Assembly: GCA_965238275.1 (NCBI GenBank) | Contig: OZ250186.1 | Location: 896,001 to 960,000, forward strand | Direction: 5' to 3' | Origin: Nitrosopumilus sp. | GTDB taxonomy: Archaea; Thermoproteota; Nitrososphaeria; Nitrososphaerales; Nitrosopumilaceae | Length of the DNA stretch: 64,000 nucleotides | Shown here: piece by piece, positions 11,208 through 20,888 of the stretch | Layout: each line of letters opens with the position of its first letter | Numbering within the stretch: the first letter of the stretch is position 1 | Notes under the pieces: model-generated | What the model was told of the DNA's origin: nothing | The model's database searches: none | What the model saw: the letters and a program-made list of their open reading frames with translations, nothing else | Made by a program: the position numbers and the translations under genes

Positions 11208-11768
11208 CTAGTCGTAGATCATCAGATCCTTCTCTTCTAAAAGCGAGTGCAGATTGTGAACCGAGCGGAATACGTCTGATTCCTTCTTGGCCCCCGTGCA
11301 TACCAGCTTGCCGGATGCAAACAGCAGTATTACCGTCTTTGGGTCAAGCATCCTGTGGATGAGCCCCGGGAACTGCTCGGGTTCGTACATGCTTCTTGGC
11401 AGGGTCCTTGCAGCCTTTTCAAGGTGGATTCTTCCACACAGATTGATTGCAGCCACTATGTTCTGGACGGTAACCACTGCGTCGTTTTTTATCCTGATTC
11501 TACCCTTTCTGAGCTTCTGTACCACTGTATTTACAGCCTTGACTGCCATCTCCTCTGACTTGGCCCCCGTGCACACCATCTTACCGGTTCGAAATATCAG
11601 TGTGGCAGTCCTTGGTTCGGCCAGCCTAAAAACCAGTCCTGGAAACTGCTCTGGATGATACTCTGTGTCGGGAAACTTTTCGGTAATCTTGATTAGATCT
11701 ATCTTCTGTTCCACCGATGCGGATGCAACAACATTCTCTACATTTACAATTGGCTTGGTCTGGGGCAT
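11208..11768 (-). CDS. tbp: TATA-box-binding protein
   Basis: Two TBP repeats (NVVASA...YHPEQFPGLVFR...LIFRTGKMVCTGAKS). Confidence 0.97.
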   Translation of the reverse strand: MPQTKPIVNVENVVASASVEQKIDLIKITEKFPDTEYHPEQFPGLVFRLAEPRTATLIFRTGKMVCTGAKSEEMAVKAVNTVVQKLRKGRIRIKNDAVVTVQNIVAAINLCGRIHLEKAARTLPRSMYEPEQFPGLIHRMLDPKTVILLFASGKLVCTGAKKESDVFRSVHNLHSLLEEKDLMIYD

Positions 11769-11969
11769 GACATCTCCTTTAAATATGCCCTTTATATATA
11801 CTAGTAAAATTTACCATTCAAGCCTCCCCATGGTCTGCAGATACGCACCATGAGCTGTTTGCTACTGCAGATGGGGATGGCACCTGTCATGCAGTTGCGC
11901 GACGCCGGGGGAATGCGGCCACTCCCAAAAGAGTCGCATGGGTGACTTGCCTTCCTGCAGGTGTTGCAC

Positions 11970-12374
11970 CTAGTACAGCTTGGTCTTCCTTGCAGCCATG
12001 TTGATCATGGCAAGCAGTGTGATGCTGGCTATGGTCTGGGATATGATCGAGGCGATGTACGGTTCTTGTCCAATGGTGAGCAGATAATACAGCCCGGCCC
12101 CTATCCCGAAGGAGAAGACGATCTTCTTCAGGTCGGTTCTGAGTCTTACCATGTCAGTCTTGCCGGACTCAAGCCGGTACTCCTTCCTGTTGTCGATATA
12201 GTATGATGTACTGAATACGGTGTAATAGACGACATATCCTAAAATCAGGGTATACGTGGAGTTCAGATAGTCCTCCTGTCCGCTTAGCGCCTCTGCGATC
12301 ACCGCCGAGAGCGAAATTGAGGCTATTAGGGATATGATGACATTCTTGTTGAGCATGAGATAACCTGTTACCAT
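11970..12374 (-). CDS. Multi-pass membrane hypothetical protein (GtrA-like)
   Basis: About four hydrophobic segments in 134 aa. Confidence 0.6.
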   Translation of the reverse strand: MVTGYLMLNKNVIISLIASISLSAVIAEALSGQEDYLNSTYTLILGYVVYYTVFSTSYYIDNRKEYRLESGKTDMVRLRTDLKKIVFSFGIGAGLYYLLTIGQEPYIASIISQTIASITLLAMINMAARKTKLY

Positions 12375-12691
12375 ATCCCGTCTGCGATGATCCCCGATTA
12401 AATTGTTACCTGCTCATTCTGGTATAATCTCGGGTGCGGTCCGGAGCCATTCACGCAATCCGGGCATGCTGCCATGCAACAACTGCATGGATGGCATCAT
12501 GCACTGATGGAACCGGTTCCCAGAAAGCAAAAACGACCCTTCCCCAACAACAAGACTGCCGCCGATCCCCCCTCCATGCATCAGACGTTTGCGACTGTGC
12601 CTGTGTGGTGGTGGCGTCCCATCCACTGACTCTGGTAGATTTTGGTGATCAGATCACAAATTTACGAGCCCATCCACTCGTATCTGTGCTA

Positions 12692-14203
12692 TAGACAAAA
12701 ACCAAAAGTTCATGCAATTTTTTGGGCACCTTTTTAAGAAAATAAATCCCAACTACAGGTATGATTGTCAGTAAAATCATCAAGATAACACAATCTCGGG
12801 AACTGTCACGCAAGATCGTGAAATGCTCCCGGGAAACAGACATCGTTTACGACATGACGATCATGATGAAACTTGCACACCCGGGGATCACACAGTTTGA
12901 TGTCAACAACCTGATAACAGGATGGCGCAGGGAATTCAACCTGACCAGCAGCGTCCGCATGCATGAGGCCGCCTCAAAGCAGGCTTTCCAGGCGGCAGTC
13001 AAATTCCGCAAGGCAAACCGGCTCAAGCACAACAAGCGCATCTGGCGCAAGACACAGATCAAGCTGGGGAAAAAGAAAACGTGCAAGCACAATCGGTGGA
13101 CCGAGCCGTCCAGCCTGATGAGGCGCGGCAGGAAAACAACCAGGCTGCGCTCGCTGAATTCACGCGCAAAGCCAAAACTGCGAGACAGTGGAGCCGTGTT
13201 TCTGCCCGGACTCGGGGAAGCAAGGCCACGCACGAAGGTTCCAGAAGGCAGGCTCGTGTCATTCCAGATGATTGACACCACAGGCAAGGTCACGCGTAAG
13301 ACCAAGGATGGTGATCGCGAATTCAAACTGCATTTGCAGATAGAAGTCCCAGACCCCGAACCCGCGACAGGCGGTGGCGGCGGCGGATGCAAGGCAGGGC
13401 TGGATCTTGGAGTCAGGCACCTTGCGGCAGTCGCAGACGAGCATGGGAACGAAAAACTGCACAATGTCCCCGGAGGCTGCAAGAGGCATGACGGCGACAG
13501 GATTGATCAGCTGAAATCACTTAGATCAAGATGCCATGCAGGTTCCAGAAGATGGAAAGAGATCGGCCGCAAGGTAACGCATGAATTGAAAAAGACATCA
13601 AACAGGCAAAAACACAACGAGGCCGACATTGCCAGGCGGATAACAAAAGGACTGTCCGTATTGTTCTTGGAAGATCTGGATTTGACCAAGATGAGGCGAT
13701 CCTGCGGGGCGGCTTCAAAGACGGGGTTGAACCGCGAGATGGCCTATTCCAGAATGGGCGAGTTCAGGATCCAGCTTGAATGGCAGATGAAAAAGAAAGG
13801 CGGAATTTCAAGACGCGTGGAACACGCACATACAAGCCAGAGATGCGCTGCCTGCGGGGTAGTGGACAAGAAATCCAGGAACGGCGAATCATTTGTCTGC
13901 GTCTCATGCGGATGGTGCCACCATGCCGACAAGAACGCGGCAAAAAACATTTTGGATAATGACTGTCTCCATACGGAGGAGACTGGCGGCCAAGCCCACG
14001 GGAATCGTGGAGGCACCATTGCAGGTGTCGAGGTCGTCACAAGGCGCGAGGATCACGGATCGGATAGTTCTGGAATGAACAATTCGACAGGTCGGCTTGG
14101 ATCCGGCAACGACGACAATATTGGAAGGTCTGACAGAGTGCCGGAAAGAGCATCAGGACATGCTACAGAGAGATCTGTTTGCACAAACTTTTGCTCGCCG
14201 CTA
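12692..14203 (+). mobile_element. Non-autonomous TnpB-carrying element with IS630-like TIRs and TA TSD (copy 1)
   Basis: Left end TA|TAGACAAAAACCAAAAGTTCATGCA, right end TGCACAAACTTTTGCTCGCCGCTA|TA. Only tnpB lies inside. Confidence 0.8.
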
Positions 14204-14374
14204 TACTCGTCAATAATCTGTCAGACACTACCATACTCATCAATGGCTGCCTTTGGCAGTTTGGCCTCAAAGAAGCCCAGCTGTCCTGCGTACGGAACGG
14301 GAGCCATGAATGTTCTGGGGTTTCTGAGCATGAACCCAAAGGCCCTTGCAGGATGGCCGTCTCCTGCATGGTGA
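12761..14374 (+). CDS. tnpB: TnpB RNA-guided endonuclease (ORF reads through the right end)
   Basis: RuvC-I GLDLG, RuvC-II LEDL, zinc finger CAAC...CVSC, RuvC-III HADKNAAKNI. Confidence 0.92.
   Translation: MIVSKIIKITQSRELSRKIVKCSRETDIVYDMTIMMKLAHPGITQFDVNNLITGWRREFNLTSSVRMHEAASKQAFQAAVKFRKANRLKHNKRIWRKTQIKLGKKKTCKHNRWTEPSSLMRRGRKTTRLRSLNSRAKPKLRDSGAVFLPGLGEARPRTKVPEGRLVSFQMIDTTGKVTRKTKDGDREFKLHLQIEVPDPEPATGGGGGGCKAGLDLGVRHLAAVADEHGNEKLHNVPGGCKRHDGDRIDQLKSLRSRCHAGSRRWKEIGRKVTHELKKTSNRQKHNEADIARRITKGLSVLFLEDLDLTKMRRSCGAASKTGLNREMAYSRMGEFRIQLEWQMKKKGGISRRVEHAHTSQRCAACGVVDKKSRNGESFVCVSCGWCHHADKNAAKNILDNDCLHTEETGGQAHGNRGGTIAGVEVVTRREDHGSDSSGMNNSTGRLGSGNDDNIGRSDRVPERASGHATERSVCTNFCSPLYSSIICQTLPYSSMAAFGSLASKKPSCPAYGTGAMNVLGFLSMNPKALAGWPSPAW
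13960..14203 (+). ncRNA. Putative omega/reRNA scaffold of TnpB copy 1
   Basis: About 240 nt between RuvC-III and the right end, near-identical in copy 2; this is the usual position of TnpB guide scaffolds. Boundaries are inferred. Confidence 0.5.
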
Positions 14375-14628
14375 AGACTGTCGTCTGCGCTGAGGGACTC
14401 TGCCGTGTCATACCTTTTCACATCATACAGCTCGGCCATTCCCACAATGGCGCCTGTGACCGGTCTTTTGTCAACGCCAAGCCTTGCACAGTCTGCCGTT
14501 CTTATCCTGAGGGGCGCATGCACAAGAAAATCGCCCCGGAACCTGGTGTTCCACACCCTCAGCTCAATGCTCTTTCTGCCTGATGTGATAAGATCTGCAA
14601 ACGGCTGGCATACTGAGAGACACTTCAA
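14221..14628 (-). CDS. ASCH domain protein
   Basis: MKCLSVCQPFADLITSGRKSIELR (GxKxxExR motif), GQLGFF. Confidence 0.88.
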   Translation of the reverse strand: MKCLSVCQPFADLITSGRKSIELRVWNTRFRGDFLVHAPLRIRTADCARLGVDKRPVTGAIVGMAELYDVKRYDTAESLSADDSLHHAGDGHPARAFGFMLRNPRTFMAPVPYAGQLGFFEAKLPKAAIDEYGSV

Positions 14629-14632
14629 GGCG

Positions 14633-16174
14633 CTACTCTGTGGCCACTCTTACAAGCCTGCCCGGATTTATGCCCATTCCATCCGGGAGGTTGGTTATTC
14701 CGCCGGTAAGGCTCTCTGCGGCCACGCCCTTGTTTGTAAGTATGTTGACTGCCATGAGTGACGTGTTTCCTGCCATGCATACCAGCAGGGACTTGCCGCC
14801 TGTACCAAGGGATCCGGCAAGGTCTTCGGGAATCTGCTGCGTCATGAGCAGCCTTCCTATGGTGCTTGCCTTGGGTACTGTAATCCTTGACTTGTCCACG
14901 CCAAGCGACCTTGCAATAAGCTCCAGCCCCTCCTCCTTTGGAGTGTACTGGGTGTGAACCCATATTATGTTGTCATATTCGGATATGCCTGATGCGGCAT
15001 CCTGCAGGGAGACCTGGGTGCGGCGATCTTTCTTTGCGGCCTGCTCCTCCATGCTCTTTTTGTACTTTTGTATGCCGTCTGCCATTATTACTACGAATCT
15101 TGTACCGTTTCCAGAGTGCGCCATCCCTATTGCAGCATAAAGTGCCAGTGCGCTGCTCTCGCCTATGTCGTGGCCCTTGTCTACAAGGAACTTCAAAAGA
15201 GGCCTTGCCTGCTCAAAGTCGACCTCGTGTTCTCCTGCATATGACTCTGGCCTGTACAGGCCAAGTCCTCTTGCCTTGTCCCGGGTTCTGATGCCTGCAA
15301 CATCCTGGCCTGCAGGTGGAAATACCAGGTGCACGGATTTTCCCCCGTACGTGTCTTGGATGTATCTGTCAATTCCTCCCGACGTGCCTCCCGTGCCAAA
15401 TGCACAAAATACCTTGTAGTCGCCCAGCGACTGGCCGTCTGTCTGCAGCTGCTGGTCTATCTCTGCTGCGGTGATTCTCCTGTGCACCTCTATGTTCATC
15501 TCATTGTCGTACTGCTCAGGACAGAACATCCCGTATATCCTTGCAAGCACCTTTGCCAGGTTTATGATGTCTTGTGATGCAAGAAGTGCCTCTATCTCCT
15601 GGTATGACTCGTCAAAGGTTGCAGGATCAAAGCCCATCTCTGTCAGCTGTGAGCGTATGTTGGCAGCTGCTGCGCGCGCTGCAAGCATGTTCTGGCTGCC
15701 CTCCATTCCGGGTGCAGGACATACGTCCATGTCAAGATCCATTATGCGAATACTTCCGTTTCGAAGCTCCTCAAAGACTCCCTCCTGCAGCCTCCTTGAG
15801 ACCAGCGAGACTACAGTCAGTCCCATCTTGGCTATCTCCCCAAGGGCTATCCCGAAGTTGCCTGAGGTTGCCTCGATTACAGTCTGCCCGCCCTTCAGCT
15901 TTCCTGTGCTGATGGCGTCATGGATGATGTAGACTGCGGGCCTGATCTTGATGGAGCCTGTAGGCAGATTGGAGTCAAACTTGCCAAACACCCTCAAGTC
16001 GTCTGGCAGGCCCGTCTTGTAGATCCGCCTTGCACACTCCCTGAGATCCTCTGTAAGGTCAGTCAGGGGGGTCGCATTGACAATTCCTGCCTGTCCCTCT
16101 CCGGGATGTGGCATCCTGCTCCATATCCCCTGCTCAAACCGCTCAAGCAGATCCCCGTCTACATCTTCGCCCAT
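14633..16174 (-). CDS. PLP-dependent cysteine synthase-family enzyme with C-terminal rhodanese-like domain
   Basis: PTGSIKIR, EATSGNFG and GTGGT motifs; C-terminal VCMAGNTS...SLTGGI. Confidence 0.8.
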   Translation of the reverse strand: MGEDVDGDLLERFEQGIWSRMPHPGEGQAGIVNATPLTDLTEDLRECARRIYKTGLPDDLRVFGKFDSNLPTGSIKIRPAVYIIHDAISTGKLKGGQTVIEATSGNFGIALGEIAKMGLTVVSLVSRRLQEGVFEELRNGSIRIMDLDMDVCPAPGMEGSQNMLAARAAAANIRSQLTEMGFDPATFDESYQEIEALLASQDIINLAKVLARIYGMFCPEQYDNEMNIEVHRRITAAEIDQQLQTDGQSLGDYKVFCAFGTGGTSGGIDRYIQDTYGGKSVHLVFPPAGQDVAGIRTRDKARGLGLYRPESYAGEHEVDFEQARPLLKFLVDKGHDIGESSALALYAAIGMAHSGNGTRFVVIMADGIQKYKKSMEEQAAKKDRRTQVSLQDAASGISEYDNIIWVHTQYTPKEEGLELIARSLGVDKSRITVPKASTIGRLLMTQQIPEDLAGSLGTGGKSLLVCMAGNTSLMAVNILTNKGVAAESLTGGITNLPDGMGINPGRLVRVATE

Positions 16175-16303
16175 GCCTCCAAGGCAGTCTGGGGCTCATA
16201 TAAAATATCTGCTGGCAGTGCGGTGGCAGGCGGCACACTCGCCGGCATCCTGCATGGCACCATGCCGCCTCCTCTCCTCCATTGTGCTGCTGCATGTGTG
16301 ATC

Positions 16304-17866
16304 TCACGCCTGCAGGATACTCATGACCTTGCCCGGTATGTCCCTTAGCCTGCTGACTGCCACGGTCTTCTCATAGCCCAGGTGCCTGAGGTTGCCTGCA
16401 ATCATGGTGGCCCTTACGGTGTTGGGGCCCAGGCCCAGCGCCACCATGCTGATTCCCAGACCCTTCAGCGTCTTTATCATGCCCCTTACGGCGTCCGGAT
16501 CAGACGGCTCCCCGTCAGTCAGGGTCAGGAGGATATCCGGGCTCCTTGTCTGCATGACTGGAAATATCCTGTCGTATATCTCTGCCAGCGGGGTGGAGCC
16601 GTTTGCAACTATCTGGGCCAGCCGCCTGGCAGCAGTCCTGTTCCACTTTGCGCCTTCCGGCTTTATCGACCAGCAGACGATTGACCTGCTCTGGGTGCTG
16701 AAGGCATACACGGCAAACCCCACCTTGAGAAAGGAGAGGACCTCGCAGAGGGCCAGTGTTGCCTTTTTGTACTCGAGGGCATCTGAGGATATGCTTGAGG
16801 AGTGGTCAAGCAGGATCACTATCCTTGTCCTGATGGACTTTCTTATGTCGGTAAGGAACGGGCTGCCCCCGTCGATGTAGCCCTCCTCGTCAAACTCGTC
16901 GCCGGCGCGCGCATGCTGTTCGGTCCATCCTGACTTCCACTCCCTCATCCTGGTCTTCAGGCCGCCTATGAGCCGCATGTCATACATTGCAGTCTCATCA
17001 ACATCCTTCCCCGAAGGCGTCTGGATTCCTACAGGCTCGGGGGCAAGCCCCTTGTTCTGATTCCTCTGCGTCTCGTCTAACAGTATCCTGTACTCGCCAT
17101 GCATGTCATCGCCCTTCATGACTGCATGCGGGTCTGCAGATCCAAAGTCGCCCTCCCTGTTGTCTGCGACGATCTTGATGATTCTTCTCAGCTCCTCCTC
17201 GGTGAGGGCCATGCCTGCCTTCATGAACGGCAGCGATACTGGAATGGTCATGAGCGAGTCAATCTCAAGTATCCTTATGATGCTGCCTACGTGGCCCTCG
17301 AGCCATTTGGTGTCGCGCTCCTCCCTGACTGCCTGGTCTGTGACCCTGCATGCATGGGATGCAGCCTCCCTGATCTTCTCAAGGCGGCTTGATTGAACCT
17401 CGCCTTTTATCGTGCCAAACATGAACTGCTGGTAAAACGCCTCTGCTATTCTTGCGCCTCCGTATACTGTGTGAAGCTGCGGCCTCTCTGCCAGCGTGCA
17501 TGCATAGTTGAAGATGATCTCCCCGTCCATTCCCCTCCACAGCCTTCTCCCAAGACCCTCCACCCTCCGGGTCTCCATGGCATTGAGGATGAACCCAAAG
17601 GCATGGTCATTGCTTAGAATCTTCTGGCAGTGTTTTGCCCTCATGGCCTCGTACCAGAGCGAGGCCCTGAACTGCCTGTACCTCTGAAAGTCATCACCGA
17701 TTCTCTTGTCCGGCGCCGTGATGATCACCCTGCTGTCTGCAAGGCTGGTTCTAGTCCCCACCCGATCCGATATCCGTACAGTCATGTCCTGCCTTCCGGA
17801 CCACCTTCGCACCAGAAACATCGCAATGTCCATCAGGGAGTCTCTCTGGAGCCGGATCGGCTGCAT
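16304..17866 (-). CDS. vWA domain protein (CbbO/NorD-like)
   Basis: MIDAS motif DHSSSI, GSTP, LTDGEP; adjacent to a CbbQ-like ATPase. Confidence 0.85.
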   Translation of the reverse strand: MQPIRLQRDSLMDIAMFLVRRWSGRQDMTVRISDRVGTRTSLADSRVIITAPDKRIGDDFQRYRQFRASLWYEAMRAKHCQKILSNDHAFGFILNAMETRRVEGLGRRLWRGMDGEIIFNYACTLAERPQLHTVYGGARIAEAFYQQFMFGTIKGEVQSSRLEKIREAASHACRVTDQAVREERDTKWLEGHVGSIIRILEIDSLMTIPVSLPFMKAGMALTEEELRRIIKIVADNREGDFGSADPHAVMKGDDMHGEYRILLDETQRNQNKGLAPEPVGIQTPSGKDVDETAMYDMRLIGGLKTRMREWKSGWTEQHARAGDEFDEEGYIDGGSPFLTDIRKSIRTRIVILLDHSSSISSDALEYKKATLALCEVLSFLKVGFAVYAFSTQSRSIVCWSIKPEGAKWNRTAARRLAQIVANGSTPLAEIYDRIFPVMQTRSPDILLTLTDGEPSDPDAVRGMIKTLKGLGISMVALGLGPNTVRATMIAGNLRHLGYEKTVAVSRLRDIPGKVMSILQA

Positions 17867-18658
17867 TCAACCACCGCCAAACATGGATGCTATGATGTCG
17901 CTTACCTTCTGGTGTTCTATGCCGCCCCACTGGGCGTATACGTTTCCAAATACAAATTCTGCAGCCTTTCTTGCAGGCATGCCGCCTTCAAGCAGCCGCC
18001 CAAATGCTATGGTCTCCCTCAGGCTTGGCGAGTAGAAGAGCTCCTCTACTGTCGCTGCCTCCCTGAGCGTGTTTGCAAGCCTGATGGCCTGGAGCAGTTC
18101 TTCATCGTGGCTGCCTGCTATGTGGCTCCTTGCAATCTCAAACTCCGTCTTCTCCGGGGGATACTCCAGCCTGATCCTTACTGGAAACCTGCTCAGAATC
18201 TGCGGCGGAAGCTCCTTTGTCCCGGTATGTGTCAGCGGGTTGATGGTTGCTGCCACAAACCAGTTGCTGTCTGCCCTGACGGTCTCCCCTGTGGACTCTT
18301 TTAGAACTATCTGCCTCCTGTCATCAAGTGCCTCGTCAAGCCTTAGCAGGACGTCTGCCTCTGCAGCATTAATCTCATCAAGATACAGCATGCCGCCCTC
18401 CCTCATCGATCTGGTCAGGAGCCCCTCCTCAAACGTGACGGTTCCGTCGTTGAGGGTCTTTGTTCCGATCAGATGGCTCTCCCTGGTTCGGAGGCTGAAG
18501 TTTATCGACTCGAGTTTCAGGTTCTTTCTGTCTGCAAACTCCCTGACCAAAGACGTCTTTCCGGTCCCCTTCGGGCCTATGATCAGCACGAACAGCCCGG
18601 CCTCGTAGGCCTTTTCAATAATACCAACAGAGTTGTTCCAGTCAAGATACTGCATCAC
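17867..18658 (-). CDS. CbbQ/NirQ/NorQ-family MoxR AAA+ ATPase
   Basis: GPKGTGKT, LYLDEIN, ATINP, SRF, PSLRE. Confidence 0.9.
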   Translation of the reverse strand: MMQYLDWNNSVGIIEKAYEAGLFVLIIGPKGTGKTSLVREFADRKNLKLESINFSLRTRESHLIGTKTLNDGTVTFEEGLLTRSMREGGMLYLDEINAAEADVLLRLDEALDDRRQIVLKESTGETVRADSNWFVAATINPLTHTGTKELPPQILSRFPVRIRLEYPPEKTEFEIARSHIAGSHDEELLQAIRLANTLREAATVEELFYSPSLRETIAFGRLLEGGMPARKAAEFVFGNVYAQWGGIEHQKVSDIIASMFGGG

Positions 18659-18832
18659 ACTGAGTCTGAGTGGGTTTGTTCGGTATTTAATGCTAGTTGG
18701 ACGGCATCACGCTCCTGCCAGGGATCACCGGGACTCTACCCGGATCCGTTCCGGCGCATGGCATCTCACTGGAATGTAAGACGGCATCCTGGCGCCTGCA
18801 GATGAAACGGGAACCGCCATAAGGTAGCCTGC

Positions 18833-20290
18833 CTAGTTGCCAAACGCTGCGACCCTTTCAAAGGCCGCATCCATCCTCTTGTGGAGTGCCTTGTTCCACT
18901 CCTCAAAGCCTTCGGGCCTTGTAGGATAGTTGTTGTAGTGTTCGACCAACCACTGGTTCTCCTTTGATGTGAACCTGAGGCCGTCTGCAACCGTCTTGTT
19001 CATTACACCCCTGATGATCATCCCGATCTTTCCCAGTCCGGAAAAGTCAGGATGCTCGCCCTTGCTTATAGACTCCACGTCAAGGTTTCCAAGAAAGTGC
19101 TTCATGCCGTAGCTTATCTGCTCGTTGGTCATCTGCTGGACAAGCCTTCTGAACAGTTCAAGGCCTGCCGTCTTGTATCCGTACTCCTCTATGAAGTCCA
19201 GATTGTACTTCCAGAGGCCGGCCTCCGAGACATCGCCTGCCTCGATGGCCTGTGTGATGCTGCTTCCGAGTATTGTTCCTGCAATCAGTGCAGGGCCTAT
19301 CCCGCCTGCGTCAATCGGTTTTGGCATCCACGCAGAATCCCCCACCATGACATACCCGCCTGACACCATGCAGTCGTTCTGCCTTCTGACTGACACCTGG
19401 AAGATTCCGGTGTTGTTGTTGATGTCAGCTTCATCCTCTGACAGCCTTGGGCTTGTAATTGCAGTATTCCTTACAAGGTACTCCTTCATGAGGGACTCGA
19501 CGTTGTCTCTTTTTCCAAGTCTCTTGTTCCGCCTTTCCAGTAATGACTTTTCCACGCCCAGCCCTATGTTGACCTTGTCGTCTCCCTTTGGAAACACCCA
19601 CCCGTAGCCGCCGGGTGCAATGTCCTGGTCAAGATGAATTATGCAGTAATCCGAATCAAACTCTGCCAGATTCTTCTGGCCGGGTTCAAAGTACATTATA
19701 TATCTGCCAGTCGACTCCAAATCCCTCCTGTCGATGCGCCTTTCAATCCGGGTGGTGTTTTTGATGCCGTTTCTGAGCATCGATGTGACTCCTGTCGCAT
19801 CCACCACGACTTTTGCAGTCTTGACAAAGGGCTGCTTGGTCTTGTTGTCGATCCCGCGCACTCCGGTCACCTGCCCGTCATCATATGTCATTCCCATGAG
19901 GTTGATCTCGTATTCAAACTCGATTCCGGCGCTTATGCACCTTGCATTCTGAATCTCAGGCAGCCTCTGGCGGTTCAGCATGAATCCGTCCCCGTCAAAG
20001 GGTATTGCAGTCTCCATGTCCGGCGAGTATGCCATGACCCCCTTGACGTCATGCTCGATCTCCGGCTTGGTCCATCTCACCCCGATCCTCTCTGACATAA
20101 AGTCCACTGCCTCCTTTGAGCACGCGTCACCGCACACCCATCCTGCAAGCGACTTTCTTCCCGGCATGAACTCCGGGTTCCTGTCCACCACCAGTATCCT
20201 GGCGTTCTGTTTGGAGTAGTGTGATACTGCCTGTGCCGTAACCGTTCCGGCAAGGCCGCCCCCTGCAATTATGACATCATAGTCTGTCAT
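18833..20290 (-). CDS. Geranylgeranyl reductase-family FAD oxidoreductase
   Basis: GGGLAG, CGDA, GYGWVFPKG, VGDSA...PIDAGGI. Confidence 0.85.
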   Translation of the reverse strand: MTDYDVIIAGGGLAGTVTAQAVSHYSKQNARILVVDRNPEFMPGRKSLAGWVCGDACSKEAVDFMSERIGVRWTKPEIEHDVKGVMAYSPDMETAIPFDGDGFMLNRQRLPEIQNARCISAGIEFEYEINLMGMTYDDGQVTGVRGIDNKTKQPFVKTAKVVVDATGVTSMLRNGIKNTTRIERRIDRRDLESTGRYIMYFEPGQKNLAEFDSDYCIIHLDQDIAPGGYGWVFPKGDDKVNIGLGVEKSLLERRNKRLGKRDNVESLMKEYLVRNTAITSPRLSEDEADINNNTGIFQVSVRRQNDCMVSGGYVMVGDSAWMPKPIDAGGIGPALIAGTILGSSITQAIEAGDVSEAGLWKYNLDFIEEYGYKTAGLELFRRLVQQMTNEQISYGMKHFLGNLDVESISKGEHPDFSGLGKIGMIIRGVMNKTVADGLRFTSKENQWLVEHYNNYPTRPEGFEEWNKALHKRMDAAFERVAAFGN

Positions 20291-20428
20291 GATGATCAAG
20301 TCTTGTTCATCTGTATTTAAAACAATACCATCAGCAGTACGGGTCGGTTCGTCGCGGGGTCATCATGGCTGCGGCTCAGACTGGAGCGGCTGTTATCTCC
20401 TCATTCCCAAGGAATGCTGTGCGGATTC

Positions 20429-20884
20429 CTATTTAACCTGCTTGGATGCCTCCGGCGCATGTCCCACCCTTAGGATCTCCAAAAACGCCCCTACCGTGTC
20501 ATCCTTGCAGTAGATGGGAGTCTGGATTCCTATCTTTATGGAGCCGTCGTCTGTTGCCGATGCGGTACCCCTGACCAGATCCTGCTTGTCCAGCCTCATG
20601 TGGAATCGGGAGTTTGCCGTCCTCTCCGGTATCTGATTAATCAGGGAGTCTACCTGCCCGTCAGGCAGCAGCCCTGTCATTCTTCTGACGAATTCTGTTG
20701 CCTGTCCCCTTGCAAGCCTGCAGCCCAGCATGGTTATTGGGTTGCCAAAATATCCTGTGGTGCGGCTCACTGCAAAGTCGTCTGCCTCCAGTCCCAGGAC
20801 GTCTTCAAATGCCTGCAGGATCTTTGAGACGTCCTCAGTAGAGTGCACTATTACGTCGACTGTAACCTCGATCTTCCGGCTCAA
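20429..20884 (-). CDS. Archaeal RNA-binding domain protein (DUF54-like)
   Basis: HSTED...TGYFGNPI...RLDKQ; start approximate. Confidence 0.75.
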   Translation of the reverse strand: MSRKIEVTVDVIVHSTEDVSKILQAFEDVLGLEADDFAVSRTTGYFGNPITMLGCRLARGQATEFVRRMTGLLPDGQVDSLINQIPERTANSRFHMRLDKQDLVRGTASATDDGSIKIGIQTPIYCKDDTVGAFLEILRVGHAPEASKQVK

Positions 20885-20888
20885 GCGG

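Noticed and set aside
12761-14374. TnpB as a Cas12f/type V CRISPR effector or a standard IS605/IS607 element
   Set aside because: There is no CRISPR array, cas1/cas2 or tnpA, and the ends are TIRs with a TA duplication.
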